64,000 bases of DNA, from contig CAWIEK010000049.1 of NCBI GenBank assembly GCA_963835065.1, positions 32,001-96,000 on the forward strand. Reading direction: 5' to 3'. A program made the translations under genes and the position numbers. Below the pieces are notes generated by a model. That model did no database searches, was not told the origin of the DNA, and was given only the letters and a program-made list of their open reading frames with translations. Numbering within the stretch: position 1 is the first letter of the stretch; every line of letters starts with the position of its first letter. Origin of the DNA: an uncultured Chthonomonadaceae bacterium. GTDB lineage: Bacteria > Armatimonadota > Chthonomonadetes > Chthonomonadales > Chthonomonadaceae. Of the stretch, positions 62,078 through 64,000 are shown one piece after another.

Positions 62078-63052
62078 TGGACGAGATCGGGAGTGATCCG
62101 GGCGCGTCCTTTCCCGCAAATGGCATCAGCGGACTGTTCGACAGCCTTGATCGCCTGCTTCAGCATGTCGGGCAGCGCATCGGCATTGTCGGCGCATGGC
62201 GAACGCAGGGAATGTTATCTTCGCGTGGCCTGCTTCTCGCTCTGTTCGGCCTGTTGTTCCTGCCAATCGTTTTCGTGGGCGTCAATCGTTTGCTTCTCCG
62301 CTTCAACCGCGTGGAAGCCAATTTTCGCGGCGAACGAATCCCGCAAAGTTTCGGACTGGCAATTCTGCTATGGTCAAGCGTCATGCTGATGTTGAACGCC
62401 GAACTGTTCGCCGTTCAGCGCCGGGAAAGTCTGCTGTGGCTGCTGTGCGTCATCGGCTTCGGCCTGCTTGGATTTGTGGATGACACATGGGGAACCAAGC
62501 GCATCAAGGGTTTGCGCGGTCACTTTCGCGCCGCTCTGCGCGAACGTACCATTACAACCGGCTTCGTAAAGGCCGTTGGCGGCGCGATGCTGGCGTTGTT
62601 CCTCGGCTGGCAGTTGGAACCGGAAAGTCCCGCGCTTGCCCTGCTGGATGCCGCCCTAATCGCTCTCAGCGCCAACGCCATCAACCTGCTGGATTTACGT
62701 CCCGGACGCGCAGGAGGGGTGTTTCTGTTATTGGCGTTTCCGTTGTGCTTCTGGGTCGCTGATTTCCGGTTTGGCAGGAACGCCCCTGCTGCTGTTCATA
62801 CTCATTCCCGCCCTGCTCGTATGGCAGCGCGATTCAAGAGCGCAGGTAATGATGGGGGATACGGGCAGTAATTTGCTAGGCGCAACGCTCGGCCTGTCAC
62901 TCGCTGCCCCGCCCGTCAACATTCCCGTTCGGCTCACGGCTTTGCTGCTGCTGCTGGCCCTGCACATTCTTGCCGAACGCCTGTCCCTGACGAAACTGAT
63001 AGAACAAAAGCCGTTCCTGCAAAGGCTGGATCGGCTCACAGGAGTTCGCTGA
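62077..63052 (+). CDS. Glycosyltransferase family 4 (MraY/WecA-like), frameshifted near 62770
   Basis: GFVDD, KGLRGH, NAINLLDLRPGRA; MMGDTGSNLLG in the adjacent frame. Confidence 0.82.
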
Positions 63053-63074
63053 AAAGAGGAGTTCTCGAAAAAAG

Positions 63075-63584
63075 ATGGAAGATTTGGAGCCAAACACCCG
63101 CGCAGACGTAACCGTAAAACGCGCCGAACGCGAAAACCTGCCCACCTTATTGCGCCTCATCGAAGCCCTTGCCGATTTCGAGAAACTCGCGCCGCCGGAT
63201 AGCGGGGCGCGGCAGCGCTTGGAGCAGCACGGCTGGCCTGAGAACGGACAAAAACCCCTGTTCACCGCATGGCTGGCATATCGCCACGACGCGCAAACCG
63301 GCGACGCCACGCCCGCCGCCTACGCCATCACGTTCCTGACTTACTCCTCATTTCTCTGCCGCCCCACGTTTTACATCGAAGACATTTTCGTCCTGCCCGA
63401 TTTTCGGCGGCACGGCATAGGCACGTTCTTCATGGAACATCTCAAGCGGGAAGCCGAAACGCAGCAGTGCGGTCGCATGGAATGGGTCGTGCTGGACTGG
63501 AACACCGATGCACAAGTTTTCTACCAAAAGTTCGGCGCACAACATCTGTCGGAATGGCAGTGTTACCGCCTACGGCTGGATTAG
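63075..63584 (+). CDS. GNAT N-acetyltransferase (spermidine acetyltransferase-like)
   Basis: LADFEK, YSSF, YIEDIFV.P.FRRHGIG, RMEWVVLDWN. Confidence 0.9.
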   Translation: MEDLEPNTRADVTVKRAERENLPTLLRLIEALADFEKLAPPDSGARQRLEQHGWPENGQKPLFTAWLAYRHDAQTGDATPAAYAITFLTYSSFLCRPTFYIEDIFVLPDFRRHGIGTFFMEHLKREAETQQCGRMEWVVLDWNTDAQVFYQKFGAQHLSEWQCYRLRLD

Positions 63585-63594
63585 TCCCTAATCC

Positions 63595-63746
63595 AACACC
63601 GTTCAAATAAGACAATTCTATTCTCAAAACAATGGCGTAGGGACACAACATGTTGTGTCCTCTTCCTGCGATGCGGCGGGCGGGCACGGGTTAGAAGGGC
63701 GGGCACAACATGTTGTGCCCCTACGAACTCTTATTTGAACGGTATT
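63595..63746. mobile_element. MITE-like element with terminal inverted repeats and two inverted GTAG-REPs
   Basis: accgttcaaataaga (63598) / tcttatttgaacggt (ending 63743); internal gtagggacacaacatgttgtgtcc and gggcacaacatgttgtgcccctac. Confidence 0.7.
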
Positions 63747-63767
63747 GTTCCTAATTCGCTACATCTG

Positions 63768-64000
63768 TCATGCCGCCACGCGGCATTGGGCACAAAGCGT
63801 AATCTTTCCCGCGTCTGTCGAGTGCCAGTTTTGGCATTGCATACATTGCGCATACCGTTTTACATGGGAAACCAACTTGCAACGCTCCAGCAGGCAGATG
63901 GCGGTATACGTGAGGTCTAGTTGTCTCGGCAGCAGGCCGTGACGCGCCGAAGCGGGGCGAAAATGGTGGTTGTTGTGCCAGCCTTCTCCCAACGCGAGGA
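63768..64000 (-). CDS. Fatty acid (acyl-CoA delta-9-type) desaturase, C-terminal part, truncated by the window edge
   Basis: LALGEGWHNNHH third His box, SARHG...DLTY. Confidence 0.88.
   Translation of the reverse strand, partial: LALGEGWHNNHHFRPASARHGLLPRQLDLTYTAICLLERCKLVSHVKRYAQCMQCQNWHSTDAGKITLCAQCRVAA

Overview
This is a 64-kb GC-rich bacterial chromosomal window. Armatimonadota/Chthonomonas-like origin is an inference from UBact, H-X9-DG, PEP-CTERM, DUF1549/1553 and SteAB-like genes. Recognisable content: a UBact-proteasome locus (dop, ubact, prcB, prcA, pafA), folK, two pilC-like genes, ndh, a GH1, a PAS-GGDEF-HD-GYP protein, gap-pgk-tpiA, accB, efp, rqcH, nadA, folB and steA/steB with glycosyltransferases. 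The 28-40.5 kb region is rich in conflict genes: barstar-ribonuclease, AbrB-VapC, RHS and ParDE. The most striking element is not resolved by the ORF track: a minus-strand unit at about 28.25-29.9 kb. A 40-codon leader peptide rich in Tyr and Ala is followed by mutually exclusive antiterminator/terminator pairings, then an atypical tRNA-Ala(UGC), an atypical tRNA-Tyr(GUA) and a DRB0094/Rnl2-type RNA ligase. It looks like a ribosome-mediated attenuator that senses loss of the same two tRNAs it encodes and switches on replacements plus a repair enzyme. Function and novelty are inferred, not shown. Many inverted 7-8-mer arrays and REP/MITE-like palindromes occur. About 14 frameshifts, including one in tpiA, most likely reflect sequencing indels. 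No CRISPR array, integrase or transposase was seen.
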